A program made the position numbers and the translations under genes. 64,000 nt of DNA. It comes from a virus. Shown in pieces: positions 41,874-51,667 of this stretch. Location: the IMG/VR virus record IMGVR_UViG_3300027743_000025, positions 1-64,000 of that record; one strand, given 5' to 3'. Every line of letters begins with the position of its first letter. Position 1 is the first letter of the stretch. A model generated the notes under the pieces. The model did no database searches. It had not been told where the DNA came from and saw only the letters and a list, made by a program, of their open reading frames with translations.

Positions 41874-44069
41874 CTACTCTTTCTCCTGCTTAGGCTGAGC
41901 CTTCTTGGCCGGAGGCTGCGGGACAGCCTTCTTGGCCGGCTGCTCCGCCGCCGGAGACTTGGGCTTGGGCTTGGGCTTCTCCTCCGGCTCCACCTCAGCC
42001 ACGATCGGGTACGTGTCAACCGGGAAGTCTTCCAGCGGCATAGCCGACTCGTCCACAGGGGACTCCTCAGCTGTTGCTGCCAGCCCGCCGCCGTCAGTGA
42101 TCTGGAAGATCAGCCTTCCGGATCTGGTTCCATCCGCGTTCTGGACAACAAGCGCCAAGGCGTACGGAACGCCGGGGGTGACAGTGAACTGAGAAACAGG
42201 AAGCACAGCAGTCAGTTGCGTTGGACTGACGGGAGTAGTCACCAGCTGAATGTCCTTGATATTGGTATTTCCTGTGGTGAATACCAAGACTTTCGGGTTG
42301 TTGAACCCTGTTCCGTTAATCGTCAAAACGGTGTCAGGGCTGCCGGGCAACACATCTGGAGGGGACACGTCGACAATTGTCGGAGAGGAAGCGCTAACGA
42401 TGATTGACTGAGGAGCCTCCGCTCCTGAAGAGTCAATCACCTTGGCCGAGTAGGTGCCGGGGCCTGCATAGGTGTGGGCGTAAGCCGCGTTGTTCTGGAA
42501 TGGAGGGAGGAAATCCTGCGTCCCATCGCCCCACACGAAAGTCTGCTGTGCACCAAGGCCGCTCATGTTCCGGCCGGCCATCCCGCCGTTGTACCAGTAT
42601 GAAGTGAGCAGAGAGGCAGGTGCCGCAGTGATGGGGAAGCTCTGCTCTCCCCAGGCCCCAGTGGAATCCGTAGCCCGAACCGTGTAGGTCCCAGCAGCAG
42701 CATAGGTGTGAGACGTGGTAGCTGTGCCATTGGCAGCCGTGGTGAACGTTCCGTCTCCCCAATCGTAGGTAACCGCCCCCGTAGAGAACTGAGCAGTTGC
42801 ATCGAGCTTGAGCGCAACGTGAGTGCCTGCAACCTTGAGCCCGGTAACCACCAGCTGCTGAGTCTTCAGAGCGGCCCCAGCAGTGGGGGTCTGCCCTGAT
42901 CCGCTGGAGAGCAGTGAAACGGTATACGTCCCAGGGGCCGGGTAGGTGAAGATCGGTCCCGCTCCTGCCGATGCACAAGCCTGTCCGCCCGCTGCGCCGA
43001 AGTCGTAGCAGAAGTGTGGAGCCTGGTTGGTTGACAGCTGTGCCTTGAGGCCGCCCATGTTGTGCACGCTGAAGGTGACATCCACCGGGACAGGCTCTGT
43101 GCTGGAAGCTCCGCCGACATCAGTTGCCGTGATGGTGTAGGCACCCAGCGTGGCGTAGTAGTGGGTCGTCGGGGTAGTCCCGTTAGGAGCGACCGTATCT
43201 GTGGACCCGTCTCCCCAGTCGTACGTCACCGCGCCGGTAGCGTTCGGGGCTGTGACCGTCACCGTCTGACCGGTCCGGACCACCGTGATCGGGAGGAGCA
43301 CCAACGACGGGTCAATGGGTCCGAGCCGCACCGCCGCGCAGGGCGCGAAGTCGACGGCCGCGATCTCGTTGGCCTGCACCATGGTGTGGTTCTGCTGCGC
43401 GTTCAAGATCAGCCCGGACGTGTCAACCGGGGTGAGGTAGATCTTGATCGGGCCGGTGAACCACAGCCACGGGACGACGCGGGGATCTCCGGTCGGGAAG
43501 GGGTTGGAGTATCCGGTGGACGACACCACCACGTCACCCCAGACCGAGACCAGGTCTCCGTCTCCCGTAGTCGTCAGGACCCCAAGCTGGATGAGCTTGG
43601 GCACGTGATCCGGGGCCACATGCATTAGTGGGGCTTCGCCGATCACTGAGCTGGTCCACATCTCCCGAGCACCCGAGATAGCGGCGACCCAGTCAGCGTC
43701 AGTGGCGTTGTCCGGGTCGGCCGGCAGCGGCGCCTCTCGCATGCCCCCCAGCCAGGTCTGCGCGTCGCCAGTCGCCTGCATGATGAATGACCGGCCCAGA
43801 GCCCGCTCGTTGACATCCTTCAGTGCGCCTTTGAGCCAGGTCGGGGCGTCTTCCCGGTAGCAGGATGTGCCGCTGAACAGCTCAGCGTTGATAGCGAACG
43901 GCGCCACAAAGTATACGGAGTCATCTTCCCCCGTGATGATCTGGCTGTCCTCTACTGCACAAGCGTCAGAGAGGTACACGTTCACGTCACACTCGCGCGC
44001 CTTTGCCTCGTAACCCACCATCCAGTTGCCCTCGGACACCTGCACGTCGGCCGCGTCAAGTAGTCTCAT
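41874..44069 (-). CDS. capsid pentamer-like protein fused to PKD and IPT/TIG-like domains
   Basis: N-terminal W.vGY...C...PF...E.A...GY...W.TGP...N...A.E...C pattern; repeated TYDWGDG...HTY...GTYTV; SPTIVDVSP. Confidence 0.7.
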   Translation of the reverse strand: MRLLDAADVQVSEGNWMVGYEAKARECDVNVYLSDACAVEDSQIITGEDDSVYFVAPFAINAELFSGTSCYREDAPTWLKGALKDVNERALGRSFIMQATGDAQTWLGGMREAPLPADPDNATDADWVAAISGAREMWTSSVIGEAPLMHVAPDHVPKLIQLGVLTTTGDGDLVSVWGDVVVSSTGYSNPFPTGDPRVVPWLWFTGPIKIYLTPVDTSGLILNAQQNHTMVQANEIAAVDFAPCAAVRLGPIDPSLVLLPITVVRTGQTVTVTAPNATGAVTYDWGDGSTDTVAPNGTTPTTHYYATLGAYTITATDVGGASSTEPVPVDVTFSVHNMGGLKAQLSTNQAPHFCYDFGAAGGQACASAGAGPIFTYPAPGTYTVSLLSSGSGQTPTAGAALKTQQLVVTGLKVAGTHVALKLDATAQFSTGAVTYDWGDGTFTTAANGTATTSHTYAAAGTYTVRATDSTGAWGEQSFPITAAPASLLTSYWYNGGMAGRNMSGLGAQQTFVWGDGTQDFLPPFQNNAAYAHTYAGPGTYSAKVIDSSGAEAPQSIIVSASSPTIVDVSPPDVLPGSPDTVLTINGTGFNNPKVLVFTTGNTNIKDIQLVTTPVSPTQLTAVLPVSQFTVTPGVPYALALVVQNADGTRSGRLIFQITDGGGLAATAEESPVDESAMPLEDFPVDTYPIVAEVEPEEKPKPKPKSPAAEQPAKKAVPQPPAKKAQPKQEKE

Positions 44070-44078
44070 GTCCTCTCC

Positions 44079-44816
44079 TCAGTTGGTGTAGCTGGCCGTG
44101 AGCTGGCCCTGGTTGGGTACGGTGGTCTGGATTACCGTTTCGTATAGGTCTGAGTGTAAGCCGATTCCGACCGCCGTAGCGTCGCGAAATGCCTGTGCCC
44201 ACGCTATGGGGAGGTAGATCGTAGTGAGCACGCCAGTAGGGATATACGGAGTAAAAACCCTAGAAATACTGGTATAAGACCCCGGAGAGCCGGTTCCTGT
44301 CCCTGCCTTCAACAGGTCAACCGCCAGCGATACCTTGCTGAATACCTGAAAGGGCTGGATCTTGATGTTGAGACCAGTCAGGGTCTTGCCCACCAGCGAG
44401 GTGCCGAAGGCTGCCGGGTAGAACATGGCCACATTCTGTTCCCCGCCCACGGGGAGGTTCACCCCGCTGCTCCACGCCCCCGTGTCTTCGCGATACCCGG
44501 CCCAGCTACTGGCTGTGGTGGAAGTAGGAGTGATTACCGGATCTACTGGAGCCGTCACCAGAGTTACCTTGCCGAGCAGCAGCATTCCCCTGGTCTCCAT
44601 GACCAAAGTCTCGGCAAAGTCCCCCACGGCCGGCGTGTAGTTGCCCGTATATGCCACACCAGTGATATCTACGTTGGATGGGTTGGTAGTCGTCGACTCA
44701 TCGGTGTATCTGACCGTCGCCGTGCGCGTGGTGGTGTTCACGGCCGTTACATAGGTCCGGATGACCCGGATGGGAGTTTCTTTCTTGAGCACATGGGCCA
44801 GGTCGTAGGACATCAC
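44079..44816 (-). CDS. minor tail protein
   Basis: position after DUF5047-like gene; YTPAVGD. Confidence 0.7.
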   Translation of the reverse strand: MMSYDLAHVLKKETPIRVIRTYVTAVNTTTRTATVRYTDESTTTNPSNVDITGVAYTGNYTPAVGDFAETLVMETRGMLLLGKVTLVTAPVDPVITPTSTTASSWAGYREDTGAWSSGVNLPVGGEQNVAMFYPAAFGTSLVGKTLTGLNIKIQPFQVFSKVSLAVDLLKAGTGTGSPGSYTSISRVFTPYIPTGVLTTIYLPIAWAQAFRDATAVGIGLHSDLYETVIQTTVPNQGQLTASYTN

Positions 44817-45919
44817 TCATCCCCCAGGTCGGTCTTGGTAGCCAAGGTCGTCAAACTAGACGTACCTCCGGCCAACGGGGTGGTGATGCTCTGTATAATG
44901 TGGATTTCTGACTGTCCATCCTCCAGAATCATCTCAAAGGCATCCCCCGCCTCTGGATACATGAGCGGAAGCAGCTCCAGACCCACAGTGCGGGACTTGG
45001 CCAGGGCCAGTGCCAGGGCATTGTTAGCCATTGCCTGGCATTCAGCCGCCGTCCGGATGAACGGGCTGGTGACGAATCTAGGCACCATGCCGAACGGGCC
45101 ACCCCAGCGGGTAGGGGATTTTGATTCCACTCCTCCGACCATGAAGGGGTCGTAGGCAACCGCGAATGCCGGTTTGATAGCTGGATCAGTGGGCTGCGTT
45201 GTTGCCACCACTGCGTTGTACACAGCTGAGCGGTTGGACTCGATGGTAGGCATGACGATAACGCCGTTCTGGCCTACCTTCAGCTGAAACGCAGGGCCAG
45301 AGTTGCTGATATTGGGGATGTCCTTGATGATGAACCGCCCGGACCAGTCCACAAAGACCTCAGCGTCAACGCTCCGGGCCAGCGTGTCAACCGCTTCCCA
45401 TCTCTCCCGATCCCAGGGCACTTGAGTCCTCACCCTGCCGTCTCTGGTGTTCATCGCGATGACCTCTGCTGAAGGTAGAACCTCAGTGATCAGTCCTGCG
45501 ATAGAGGCTGTAGCCATGGAGTTGTACACCGGCATCCGAGGCGTAATGAACCGAGCGTCAATGATGTAGTTCTCCAGCCCGACACCTTTGATTGGCACCG
45601 TTCCCCGGCTGGTCGTGCGGCTTACGGTGTCAACTCGGAATTCCCCCAGCTGGAGCAGCTCATTGATACCGCCACTGAGTCCCTTGTACACCTTGAACCG
45701 GCACTCCAGTGCGTCGATGTTCAGATTTTCCCACTGATTCAGGGCCACCTCGAAGTCGCATGTCAACCGGCTATTGCTGCCGCGATCGCTGGTCAAAGAG
45801 CCACGTGTGAACTTCACATTCTCGACTGCCAGCACACCGTTCCGGTAGATGTCGATCTTGGTGGTGTATGTGTGGGAAAGCTGCACGGCCTCGCGGAACC
45901 CGTCACTGACAGGGATCAT
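44813..45919 (-). CDS. minor tail protein (DUF5047-like)
   Basis: MIPVSDGFREAV..SH; YNAVVA; SPTRWGGPFG.VPRF.TSP. Confidence 0.85.
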   Translation of the reverse strand: MIPVSDGFREAVQLSHTYTTKIDIYRNGVLAVENVKFTRGSLTSDRGSNSRLTCDFEVALNQWENLNIDALECRFKVYKGLSGGINELLQLGEFRVDTVSRTTSRGTVPIKGVGLENYIIDARFITPRMPVYNSMATASIAGLITEVLPSAEVIAMNTRDGRVRTQVPWDRERWEAVDTLARSVDAEVFVDWSGRFIIKDIPNISNSGPAFQLKVGQNGVIVMPTIESNRSAVYNAVVATTQPTDPAIKPAFAVAYDPFMVGGVESKSPTRWGGPFGMVPRFVTSPFIRTAAECQAMANNALALALAKSRTVGLELLPLMYPEAGDAFEMILEDGQSEIHIIQSITTPLAGGTSSLTTLATKTDLGDE

Positions 45920-47682
45920 GGCGTCTCCCCCTGCGGACCCTGAGGAGGCACGCCAGCCAGCGCCCATCCGGTCGCCGCCTGCACAGTAGGGAGTCTCTCC
46001 GGCTTCGTGATGCGCGGAACGGCCGAGCGTCCGGGACGACTGAACGTCCCACTGCTACCGCCAGGTATGGTGACATCGAGCCAGGTGCCGCTCTGAGCCA
46101 GCTCCCGCCAGCCGCCTGCCGCGTCCTTGACATCCTGCCAATCCGGGATGGTAGTTAGCGCGATCAAACCCTCTGGCGCCTCAACCTTGTCGATCGGCAC
46201 AGCCCACGAGCGCTCCGGCCTCCGGTGGTCTTTAAAGACCCTATTCTCAACTAGGTTGCCACATGCGATATACCAGTTGTTCTCTGGATATCTAGAATCA
46301 GTGTTCCTCAGGAAGAGAATGTGGCCAGGGGCAAATAGTCCTAGGACTCTTTCCCGCTCCTCCAGTGTATGGGTAAAAAACACCATGTCTGTCGATGCAT
46401 CTATGCGCTTATCAGAGACAGCTACCTGATCGAACCGGTTGACAATCGGGTAGAGATCCTGCCGTGCAGCATAGGTGATGTCACCGATACGGATCAAACC
46501 GACCCACATGCCTAGAGCAGGAGCGATGGGATCCTGAAGGAAGATAGGAGAGCACGCTAGCAGAGCATCGCTGTAGTCCGGACCCAGCAGCTCACAGTCC
46601 GCATAGGACACCGTGACGCTAGGTCCGTAGTACGTGACAGCCCCGTTCGGCTCTATGACGATACTGTCGTCATGACTGAATTCCGAGGTATCCGGAGCTG
46701 TATAGACGACATCAGCTGCCGTTGTGTTCCTGTCGATGTAGTTATTGATCGCAGGGTGGAAGGTGTTCCCTGCTCCTGTTGCGTCTCCGGCTTGGAGGAT
46801 CTGAAGCTTGTCAAAGTACCAGACAGAGACTGACTCAGCTGAGCTTCCTCCGTGCGAGAGGGTCAGCACATTTGTGGAAGACGTTGCTGGTGCTGTGAAC
46901 TCTGCCGCGAAGAAAACCCACTTGCCACGATCCCCCGGCCTAATGCCGATGATCTTGATGGGAGCCAGCACAACAGCCCCATCGCCGCTAACAGCATTGA
47001 TGGAGGCATACAGCGCGCCTATCTCAGTCAGAGGTTCGCCGCCGGCAGGGTTTACCAGGAGATCCGACCATGGCACCCCCGTGTCGCCTAGCTGGTCCCA
47101 CGTCTGGGAAGCCTGGTCATACACGTTCTGCCAAAGCTGTCCAGCAGGGCTGATCACCTGAACGTAGCCTGTCAACCGGTACCGCTTGCCGGCCACCCAG
47201 CCAGGGGCGCCCCCAGTGTGCGAGAGCGGGATCGTGTAGAGGAGAGCCGGCTGCGCGTCAGTGGACACCCGCGCCATGCTTGTGCCGTTGAGCGGGGCAG
47301 AAGCCTCAGGGTCTGCACTGCCATCAACGTAGGTCAGGACATGAGGGGCGACCGTCTTCCAGTCCTCCGGAGCGGTCTGCGTGTCCTGATCAAACATGGG
47401 ATTGGAGAGCAGCTGACGCTGGACGAACCTCTGAGCGTTGGCCGGCAAGGTCATCAACATGCGGTAGAACACAGGCTGGCCCAGTGGCATCTCTGAATCC
47501 TCGAACGGGGTCAAGCCCCCCGGGTTGACACCAGTCCTGACTCCGCCCCGGATAGTGACCCAGGACGACTCCACCGTGGGCGTGACAGTGCGCTGCACGT
47601 TCACGTTGGTGTTCGGGTACTGCACGTCACCGGTCAGGATGGCCACCCCGCGCTGTGTGTTGATGTCGCACTCCAGTGACAT
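45916..47682 (-). CDS. minor tail protein with inserted carbohydrate-binding-like domain
   Basis: follows TMP; D.EMPLGQPVFY; LLSNPMFD. Confidence 0.75.
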   Translation of the reverse strand: MSLECDINTQRGVAILTGDVQYPNTNVNVQRTVTPTVESSWVTIRGGVRTGVNPGGLTPFEDSEMPLGQPVFYRMLMTLPANAQRFVQRQLLSNPMFDQDTQTAPEDWKTVAPHVLTYVDGSADPEASAPLNGTSMARVSTDAQPALLYTIPLSHTGGAPGWVAGKRYRLTGYVQVISPAGQLWQNVYDQASQTWDQLGDTGVPWSDLLVNPAGGEPLTEIGALYASINAVSGDGAVVLAPIKIIGIRPGDRGKWVFFAAEFTAPATSSTNVLTLSHGGSSAESVSVWYFDKLQILQAGDATGAGNTFHPAINNYIDRNTTAADVVYTAPDTSEFSHDDSIVIEPNGAVTYYGPSVTVSYADCELLGPDYSDALLACSPIFLQDPIAPALGMWVGLIRIGDITYAARQDLYPIVNRFDQVAVSDKRIDASTDMVFFTHTLEERERVLGLFAPGHILFLRNTDSRYPENNWYIACGNLVENRVFKDHRRPERSWAVPIDKVEAPEGLIALTTIPDWQDVKDAAGGWRELAQSGTWLDVTIPGGSSGTFSRPGRSAVPRITKPERLPTVQAATGWALAGVPPQGPQGETP

Positions 47683-47686
47683 GGCC

Positions 47687-49891
47687 CTACCTCCGTCCGG
47701 TCACGATCTGCTGCGCCAGGGTCTCGTTGTTTTCTTCGATCTTGGTATCAATGATGGCGTCCAGCTTCTCCTGGCCAATGTAGACGTTGACCGTAGTGGC
47801 ACCCGCAGTGGCCGTGGCCACCTTGGTGGGATTGGAGGAGTCGGCCTGCGATGGTCCAGAGGATGGTGTGGGGACCTGGCCGGTGCGGTTCATGAAGTTC
47901 AGCGCCCCGACACCCAGCGCCTTGACGGCTGCCGACCTCAGTACGAACTCCCCGTTGGACAAGTTCGTCGGGATGCTGTCAGAGGTAGCCGTGCCTGGCC
48001 CCGTGATCAGGCCGCCTGTAGCTTTGTTCTTCTCTATCAGACGCTCAGCGTTGATCCTGGCAATAGAGCCTTCAACATCCCGGAGTCCACTAAGAACCTT
48101 ACCGATGTTCACCTGCGCTGCCTCGATACCAACCTGAATCTGGACCTTGATCGGGTCATCTGGGAACTTACCAATCTCCCTGGCTAGGCCGTTCAAGGAA
48201 TCCCGAGCTGTGCCAGTAGCCCCAGCCGCGTTTAGAGCACCGGTAGTGAAAGACTTGAACCTCTTATCAGCTTCTGCCTTGCTGATTTTTCCAGCTTGCA
48301 CTTCCCCCAGCAAGGCACTGGCAGCTGTCTTGATGCTAGCTTCAATGGTCTTGTAGTTGGCTTGGCCAGCCCTGGTCCTAATGTCCAGGGTCCTACCATT
48401 TTCCTTAATGGACTCGGTTATGTCGAGCCAAGCCTCATTGATTGCTAGCTGAGGATCCAAACTGGACTGAGTCGAAGATATCAGGTCCTTTTGGGCCTGA
48501 ATGACATCCCTATACGCTTTTTCCTGGCCCTCTAGGCTAAGGGTGACCGGGTCAATCCCCTTCTTGATTGAATCAGCAGCTGACTTGCCGACCGTGTCAA
48601 ATCCTTTCCCAATGTCCTCAAGGGACTTTGAGTCAAATCCATCTATAGCACCTCCCATCCTGTTGACTGAGGCCGCCATTTCAGAGGTACCAGCCGTGGC
48701 GACTGCCAGCGCTGCCCGTGCAATGGGGTTCATTTTGTTGACTTTTTCGCCCCACTTGTCGAGCAATTCAATCAGCTTGATGCCTATGAGTATCAGGCCC
48801 AGAATGGACCGAGCTACAACCACCACGGCCGCGCCGAGGAAGCCCATGGCTATCTTGACTTCCTTGGAATGGTTGTTCATTTGCTCGAACACGGCAGCCA
48901 AGTCATGCCCGATGACATCGACGATCTCAATCAGGATTGGCAAGAACATCTCACTGCCCTTAATGAGGGCATCGAAGATCCTCGTGATAACCAGCTCAGC
49001 CCTTTGGAATGCACCAGAGATCTGATTGGCAACGTTTCCCAGAGGCTTCAGGTTGACTCTCCTAAGTATTCCCAGGAGAGCATCAGTAGCCGATCTAAGG
49101 ACTCCCATCAGCGGGCCGCGTATAGGCTCAAGGGCGCTTAGTAGCCCCGCCATCAGATTTTGTCCAGCCTGCTGACCGGCAAGCTTGAACGTTGGATCCT
49201 TGCTGATCAGCAGGATCAGCGCACCGCCCACCAGCCCGGCTCCAGCAACAGCGCTCAGGTAACCAGCAATTCCAGTAACTAGGAACGATCCCAGGAGTGT
49301 CGCTGCCGCCGCGATCGCTGCCAATACTGGCGGCGATGTAAAGGATGAGATTAGCCCACGACCACCCAACAGCTCTGTGGTCATAGCCTGGCTAATGTTC
49401 GAGCCAATAGAGCCCAGCCCTGAGACGATCCCTGCTCCCAGCGATTTACCGGCAGTGACTCCTCTTTCTCTGGCCAGTGCTCCGCCGATGGATATATTAG
49501 AGGTGACGCGCGAAGCGAGGCTCTTTACCTGACTAACAAACCCAGCGACGAAAGAGTTACCGGAGATCCGGCCGTCCTTGTCTACCTTCCTCCGAACTTT
49601 CTCAGTTACATCACTGATGGATTTGACTACCGTCTGGGAAGAGTTTTTGATGCCATTAGAAATGCCCTTAGTGACATTCTTACCTATTTTATCTCCAGTC
49701 TGCTTAAGATCAGGTGAAGAGGAGACTCCCTTAGCAATACTCTTTCCAGCATCCTTGCCCACTGCTTCAGCTGCTTTGTCTATGTCTTTCTTTGCATCCT
49801 TAAGCGAACCCTCCACGGTCTTTTTGATATCATCGCTGACCTTGCTGGAGATCAGCTTGACCCTGATATAAGCAGTGCCAACGATTGCCAT
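47687..49891 (-). CDS. tape measure protein
   Basis: N-terminal IVGTAYIRV; Ala/Gly helical and TM-rich; GGLITGPGTATSDSI...LSNGEFV. Confidence 0.88.
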   Translation of the reverse strand: MAIVGTAYIRVKLISSKVSDDIKKTVEGSLKDAKKDIDKAAEAVGKDAGKSIAKGVSSSPDLKQTGDKIGKNVTKGISNGIKNSSQTVVKSISDVTEKVRRKVDKDGRISGNSFVAGFVSQVKSLASRVTSNISIGGALARERGVTAGKSLGAGIVSGLGSIGSNISQAMTTELLGGRGLISSFTSPPVLAAIAAAATLLGSFLVTGIAGYLSAVAGAGLVGGALILLISKDPTFKLAGQQAGQNLMAGLLSALEPIRGPLMGVLRSATDALLGILRRVNLKPLGNVANQISGAFQRAELVITRIFDALIKGSEMFLPILIEIVDVIGHDLAAVFEQMNNHSKEVKIAMGFLGAAVVVVARSILGLILIGIKLIELLDKWGEKVNKMNPIARAALAVATAGTSEMAASVNRMGGAIDGFDSKSLEDIGKGFDTVGKSAADSIKKGIDPVTLSLEGQEKAYRDVIQAQKDLISSTQSSLDPQLAINEAWLDITESIKENGRTLDIRTRAGQANYKTIEASIKTAASALLGEVQAGKISKAEADKRFKSFTTGALNAAGATGTARDSLNGLAREIGKFPDDPIKVQIQVGIEAAQVNIGKVLSGLRDVEGSIARINAERLIEKNKATGGLITGPGTATSDSIPTNLSNGEFVLRSAAVKALGVGALNFMNRTGQVPTPSSGPSQADSSNPTKVATATAGATTVNVYIGQEKLDAIIDTKIEENNETLAQQIVTGRR

Positions 49892-49898
49892 GGAGTGT

Positions 49899-50491
49899 TC
49901 ACCTCATCCGTCTTCCCCAAAGGTGCGGCGGGACGTTCTGTAGATCTTCAATAATCTCAGCCTGATCGCTGCTTGCTGTCTTCTCTAGTCTGGCCATCTC
50001 TGTCCAGAATCTCTCTTTGCGTTCTGCTATCTCCGGACCATCAACGAACTTTTTCTCCAGCCAGTGCTCTACTACTGAGAAAGCGCGGGCTGCGTCGAGC
50101 GTGAGTAGGTCAAGACCTCGGGAGAGGCACCATCCGTCGAGTTGCTTCCATCGGAGGTTGCCTGTGACGTAGATTCCGAGGTCTCTCCAGTAGGGCGGGC
50201 CGTGTAGACCTCCGAGAGCCAGTTGATGATTTCCATCAACGTGCTAAGAGGGATAGCTTTGTTAGGATCGTTGATCATCTCGTTGAAAAGATCTAGAGAA
50301 TCCGGTTCGAGAGCAGTAGCAAAGAACATCCGGATAGTCTTGATAGAAGACTCAGACTCGTCTTCACTGTTAGCGCCGATAGCGAGAATCACCCCCGCTG
50401 CCATTCTCGGCCGGCAGTAGAACTTCACCCCTTCAAGATCGAAAGACACAGGGTCCTTAGCCTGTGCCACTGCGAACACTTTGTGCGCCAT
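49899..50491 (-). CDS. tail assembly chaperone with -1 frameshift extension
   Basis: short form 50072..50491; -1 frame is open from CGCCCTAC (50197-50190) to TGA 49899 and encodes WKQLDGWCLSRGLDLLTL. Confidence 0.8.
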
Positions 50492-50501
50492 CTCATCTCC
50501 A

Positions 50502-50714
50502 TCAATCTTCTGTATCCGGGTAGTGCCACGAACCCACCCGGTGCTTGTTGGTGTCGTACGGACTCTTCGTAGAGAAGAACATGTTGTCCGACCGGCTCAC
50601 TGCCAGGTCAGCAATCTTGTCGTCCCCGTACAGTCGGGAGATCACTGCCGCGCGGCAGTAGGTGACCTCATACTCGAAGTCGCGCTCTACGTAGTGGACC
50701 TCTTGGCCGTTCAT
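50502..50714 (-). CDS. hypothetical protein
   Basis: GAGGGG RBS; inside tail operon. Confidence 0.6.
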   Translation of the reverse strand: MNGQEVHYVERDFEYEVTYCRAAVISRLYGDDKIADLAVSRSDNMFFSTKSPYDTNKHRVGSWHYPDTED

Positions 50715-50715
50715 G

Positions 50716-51141
50716 TCAACCGCCCCTCTCCCACATCCCCAGCGCCCGCCGGAACCCGCGCTCCACGTAGTGGACCGCCGGGTTACCGGGGTGGCTGACC
50801 TTGGAGAAGTAGACGACCGCGCCGACCTTGGCCCAGTAGAACTTGAGTCTGGCGTTGGGGTTAGGGCTGCGCGGTCGGATCACGTGTGCCCGGCCACCCT
50901 GATCCTGAGCCGCCGAGTAGCCAACGCTGGCCCCTGCATCAAAATAGATGCCGGACTGCGTGCGACCTTTCTTATAGCTCATGCTTTTGGCTAGGCCGCC
51001 GTGCCGTTTCGGGGCCATGCCAGCCATCCGAAAGACTGACTCCTTGGCCAGCCGCTCGAAGCGCCGGCCGACCTCGCCCTGCCATCCCAGGAACGCGCGT
51101 AGCGCCGGCTGATCTAGGACCACCCACACGTCTTTGGCCAT
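50716..51141 (-). CDS. HK97-gp10-like tail completion protein
   Basis: AP.R.G.L..S...HVIRP...LKF...V.HPG. Confidence 0.75.
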   Translation of the reverse strand: MAKDVWVVLDQPALRAFLGWQGEVGRRFERLAKESVFRMAGMAPKRHGGLAKSMSYKKGRTQSGIYFDAGASVGYSAAQDQGGRAHVIRPRSPNPNARLKFYWAKVGAVVYFSKVSHPGNPAVHYVERGFRRALGMWERGG

Positions 51142-51142
51142 G

Positions 51143-51667
51143 TCACACCGCCCCGGCTGCTGGCAGGTTGAGTATCAGCTCCACCGTCTGGAGGCCACCC
51201 TGAGGCGCATGCGTGATGACCTGCAACTCCGGGCCGATCTCGCCAACGGTTGACACGACGCACAGCATGGCCTCCGCGTCGGCTGAGGAGATCTGAGCCG
51301 CCTCGCGCTGCTTGGCCACGGGGGGTGTGCCGCCGTTCTTGGTCGGGACGGCCGGTGTGCAGCGGGTCACCAGACAGCTGAAGTTGGCCAGCCAGCGGAA
51401 GGCGTCGCACATGATCGTGCCATCCCACACGGGGGTCGGCACCCAGCCGGAGAAGACGACGGCCGCCTGCTCGCAGTCCTGCACGATGGGCGACATGTAG
51501 ACGATCTTGCGCTCCGGGAGTGTGAGCCCACGCCCGAGGAAGCAGGTCTCCATCCTGGCCAGCAGCGCGTCAGCCATCCCGTAAAGCGTGTCCGGGAACG
51601 GGGTTTGGATGGCCTCGTTGAGGTTCACAAAGTCGCCTGTGCGGCGATAGACCGGTGGGGTGGTCAT
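51143..51667 (-). CDS. putative tail terminator
   Basis: synteny; DCEQ, RC.P, PQGG motifs. Confidence 0.65.
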   Translation of the reverse strand: MTTPPVYRRTGDFVNLNEAIQTPFPDTLYGMADALLARMETCFLGRGLTLPERKIVYMSPIVQDCEQAAVVFSGWVPTPVWDGTIMCDAFRWLANFSCLVTRCTPAVPTKNGGTPPVAKQREAAQISSADAEAMLCVVSTVGEIGPELQVITHAPQGGLQTVELILNLPAAGAV

